NCBI GenBank assembly: GCA_036918135.1
Contig: JBALDB010000015.1
Span: forward strand, 192,001 to 256,000
Length of the DNA stretch: 64,000 bases
DNA from: Nostoc sp.
Lineage (GTDB): Bacteria > Cyanobacteriota > Cyanobacteriia > Cyanobacteriales > Nostocaceae
Direction of reading: 5' to 3'
Position numbers and translations under genes: made by a program. Shown here one piece after another: positions 61,360 through 64,000 of this stretch. The notes under the pieces were generated by a model that ran no database searches, was not told the origin of the DNA, and saw nothing but the letters and a program-made list of their open reading frames with translations. Every line of letters begins with the position of its first letter. Position 1 is the stretch's first letter.

Positions 61360-62166
61360 ATGCAGTCTTGTTTTTGGCGACGAATCCTGGTATCTATTGC
61401 AGTATTTATCCTAGCTGGGTCAATTTGGGTGATGCATTCTTCCCCAGCACTGGCTTATGACAATCCTGACTTACTTCCAAAGACCTTTACGCCAGTTGTA
61501 GACTTAGCTAAATCCCTCCCTGAATTGCAAGAAGAAAAGCTAGTCAAAGATTTAGAGCAGTTTGAAGCAGATACAGGTTGGAAATTACGAGTATTGACTC
61601 AGTATGACCGTACTCCGGGTCGAGCAGTGATAAATTATTGGGGTTTAGATGACAAAAGTATTCTCTTAGTTGCTGATTCTCGCGGCGGTAACATCCTCAG
61701 CTTTAGTGTCGGCGATGCTGTTTATCAACTTTTACCTCGGACTTTCTGGATAGAACTGCAAACCAGGTTTGGTAATTTGTACTTTGTACGCGAACAAGGT
61801 GAAGACCAAGCCATTCTGCAAGCCCTAGAATCTGTTAAAGGCTGTTTACTTAAGGGTGGTTGCAATGTTGTCCCTGGATTGCCACGAGAGCAGTGGATTC
61901 TCACTTTGATTACTTCGGTTATTGGTGGGATAATTTGTGGATTTGCAGCTCAACCCCGTGAAAAAGGACAAGTGTTTGCTTGGCAATGGGCTTTAATTTT
62001 CTCTCCTTTATGGGGAATCTTATTTATTGCCTTTGGCATTGGGCCAGTAGTGACACGTACAAGCGACTGGTTACCTCTAGTTCGCAATATTTCTGGGTTT
62101 CTCATCGGCGGCTTAGTTGCTTACCTATCTCCCATTTTCAGTCAGCCTTCTTCTCGTAATGAGTGA
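61360..62166 (+). CDS. TPM-domain (thylakoid lumen type) protein with C-terminal TM helices
   Basis: Signal peptide ending ALA, VVDLA..L, FE..TGWKLRVLTQ, FW.ELQTRFGN. Confidence 0.8.
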   Translation: MQSCFWRRILVSIAVFILAGSIWVMHSSPALAYDNPDLLPKTFTPVVDLAKSLPELQEEKLVKDLEQFEADTGWKLRVLTQYDRTPGRAVINYWGLDDKSILLVADSRGGNILSFSVGDAVYQLLPRTFWIELQTRFGNLYFVREQGEDQAILQALESVKGCLLKGGCNVVPGLPREQWILTLITSVIGGIICGFAAQPREKGQVFAWQWALIFSPLWGILFIAFGIGPVVTRTSDWLPLVRNISGFLIGGLVAYLSPIFSQPSSRNE

Positions 62167-62286
62167 AGGATACCTGGTTATGAGTGCTGAAGTCAGATTC
62201 CACTAACTCACCAATTTAGCAATTCTGACTCCTAACTCTCTGAAACTGGTAAGCTGAAAGCTAAATATTTGAGAAGCTCAATAAAA

Positions 62287-62916
62287 ATGGAATGGCACGT
62301 AAGTGATGCTCAAAGTTTAGCAATCATTGATAGTGAAATTGGCGATCATATCTTTTCACCCGCAGAGTATGAGATTGTACGTCGGGTAATCTATGCCACG
62401 GCTGACTTTGAGTATAAGTCTTTGATTCGCTTTTCTGAGCGTGCCTTGCAAGCTGGAGCAGCAGCATTAGCTGCGCGTACTGCAATTGTAGTAGATGTAC
62501 TAATGGTACAAGTAGGTATTGCCTACGATATTCAAAATACTTTTGCCAATCCACTCTATTGCAGCATGGAAGCTTTAACACGCCCCCAAAAAGAAAAAAC
62601 GCGGGTTGCATGGGGAATAGAAACCCTCGCAAAGCGTTATCCAGAGGGTATTTTTGTAGTAGGTCAAGCGCAAACAGCATTAACAGCACTAGTGGATTTA
62701 ATTGAAGCTGAGGAAATTAGACCCGCTTTAATAATTGCGACTCCAGTGGGATTCGTAAATGTCGATCGCGCTAAAGGGCGTCTACAAGACTCTCTAGTTC
62801 CTCACATTACAATAGACAATCGCAAAGGTAATGCTGTTGTTGCAGCTGCGATCGTTGATGGATTGGTTGATTTGGCTTGGCAAGCCTATGGGCAAAACGG
62901 AAATAGAGGAAGCTAG
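62287..62916 (+). CDS. Precorrin-8X methylmutase (CobH/CbiC)-like protein with degenerate active-site motifs
   Basis: S..IID.E, IVRRVIYATADF, DV.MV..GI, PVGFV, RKG..VAAA. Confidence 0.8.
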   Translation: MEWHVSDAQSLAIIDSEIGDHIFSPAEYEIVRRVIYATADFEYKSLIRFSERALQAGAAALAARTAIVVDVLMVQVGIAYDIQNTFANPLYCSMEALTRPQKEKTRVAWGIETLAKRYPEGIFVVGQAQTALTALVDLIEAEEIRPALIIATPVGFVNVDRAKGRLQDSLVPHITIDNRKGNAVVAAAIVDGLVDLAWQAYGQNGNRGS

Positions 62917-63016
62917 GAAAGTAGGCTCTGCGTTATTCTGTATCCAAAAGAGTATTCAAAATTAGTGAATGTCCTGATATTTTAATTAAATAGTGCCGAG
63001 CAAGGAGCGTAGTATT

Positions 63017-64000
63017 GTGGTAATTGAGAGTTTCAGTTTAAGCACATATATTGCAATCCCCGTAGTTTTAGGTCTTTTGCTTCAGGGAGACAACATAAAA
63101 GTACCTGTAGTTAAAAATGTTAGTCAGGAATCTAATGTAGAGGAAACAGTAGTGCCCAGTCCTCAGTTAATCAGCAGTAAAACGACTGGAAAAACATACT
63201 ATGTTAGTGGTACTGGGAACGACAAAAATAAAGGACTTTCTTCTTCATCACCTTTTAGGACTATTCAAAAGGCAGCAAATCTTACCAAACCCGGAGACAC
63301 CGTACTTATTATGAACGGAGTCTACACAAATGCAAATCCCAAAGGAGAGGTAGTATCAATTACTCGTTCTGGAACTGCAAATGGATGGATTAAGTTTAAA
63401 GCATATCCTGGGCATTTACCAAAACTTCGGCACAATGGATGGCATGGAGTTTTGATTCACAATGGAGCTTCATATATTGAAGTGAACGGGCTTGAAGTAA
63501 TAGGGAATAATGCCAATGTAACTCTTGATTATGCCATGAGTCAAAAGAGTAACAAATTAAACCCGCTAACAAATGGAGGCTGCATTAGCATCGATGGAAG
63601 AAAAAAAGGTCATCCTCATCATATACGTATTGTTAACAACAAGGCACATAGCTGTGGTGGAGGAGGTATTTCAGCAATTGAATCTGACTATGTGACAGTA
63701 GATAATAACGTAGTATTTGATAATGCCTGGTATGGGGTCTATGCTGGCAGTGGAATTTCAATGTTGCGTAATTGGAACTTTGATAACTACCAGGGATATA
63801 AGATGTTTGTAACCAACAACAAGGTTTATAACAATAGAGAATATATTCCTTGGATTAAGACCGGAACTATCACAGACGGTAATGGCATTATTATCGATAG
63901 TTTAAATAAACCGGAAAAATCAAACTATGTTCCATATAAAGGACGTACTTTAGTTAAAAATAATCTAACATTTCATAACGGTGGTTCGGGCATTCATTCA
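63017..64000 (+). CDS. Exported right-handed parallel beta-helix protein (pectate-lyase-like), runs off the window end; absent from the ORF track
   Basis: AAGGAG at 63002 and GTG at 63017. Translates to GKTYYVSGTGNDKNKGLSSSSPFRTIQKAANLTKPGDTVLIMNGVY, then N/G-rich coils and ITDGNGIIID. Confidence 0.85.
   Translation, partial: MVIESFSLSTYIAIPVVLGLLLQGDNIKVPVVKNVSQESNVEETVVPSPQLISSKTTGKTYYVSGTGNDKNKGLSSSSPFRTIQKAANLTKPGDTVLIMNGVYTNANPKGEVVSITRSGTANGWIKFKAYPGHLPKLRHNGWHGVLIHNGASYIEVNGLEVIGNNANVTLDYAMSQKSNKLNPLTNGGCISIDGRKKGHPHHIRIVNNKAHSCGGGGISAIESDYVTVDNNVVFDNAWYGVYAGSGISMLRNWNFDNYQGYKMFVTNNKVYNNREYIPWIKTGTITDGNGIIIDSLNKPEKSNYVPYKGRTLVKNNLTFHNGGSGIHS

Overview
Chromosomal segment of a cyanobacterium, most likely a Nostoc/Anabaena-type (Nostocales) strain. 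This rests on psaD, ndhD, an SLH-porin, dozens of HIP1 (GCGATCGC) octamers and Nostocales-style intergenic repeats. It is mostly core genes: scpA (partial), cugP, speA, ndk, a P-type ATPase, recF, trpE, psaD, hik2, thrS, thrB and ndhD. Signalling genes include an EAL-GAF-GGDEF protein, a second DICT-GAF kinase and a ~1940-aa Ser/Thr-AAA-GAF-PAS-His kinase. There is also a HlyB/HlyD exporter, a BrnT-type toxin-antitoxin pair, an IS5-family remnant and several miniature repeats. I saw no rRNA, tRNA, CRISPR array or prophage. The best leads are: a DXCF cyanobacteriochrome between EAL and GGDEF domains; a PEP-synthase-like protein with an eroded ATP-grasp domain but intact phospho-His and PEP domains, divergent from an MgtC gene; a local Hik2 duplicate; a porin plus repeat-stalk protein pair whose leader hairpin masks the RBS; a canonical NtcA promoter on the DUF2605-DUF2973 pair; and two apparent pseudo-proteins (CobH lacking its His, ZnuA-like lacking two His ligands). 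All assignments come from motif recognition by eye; no searches were run.
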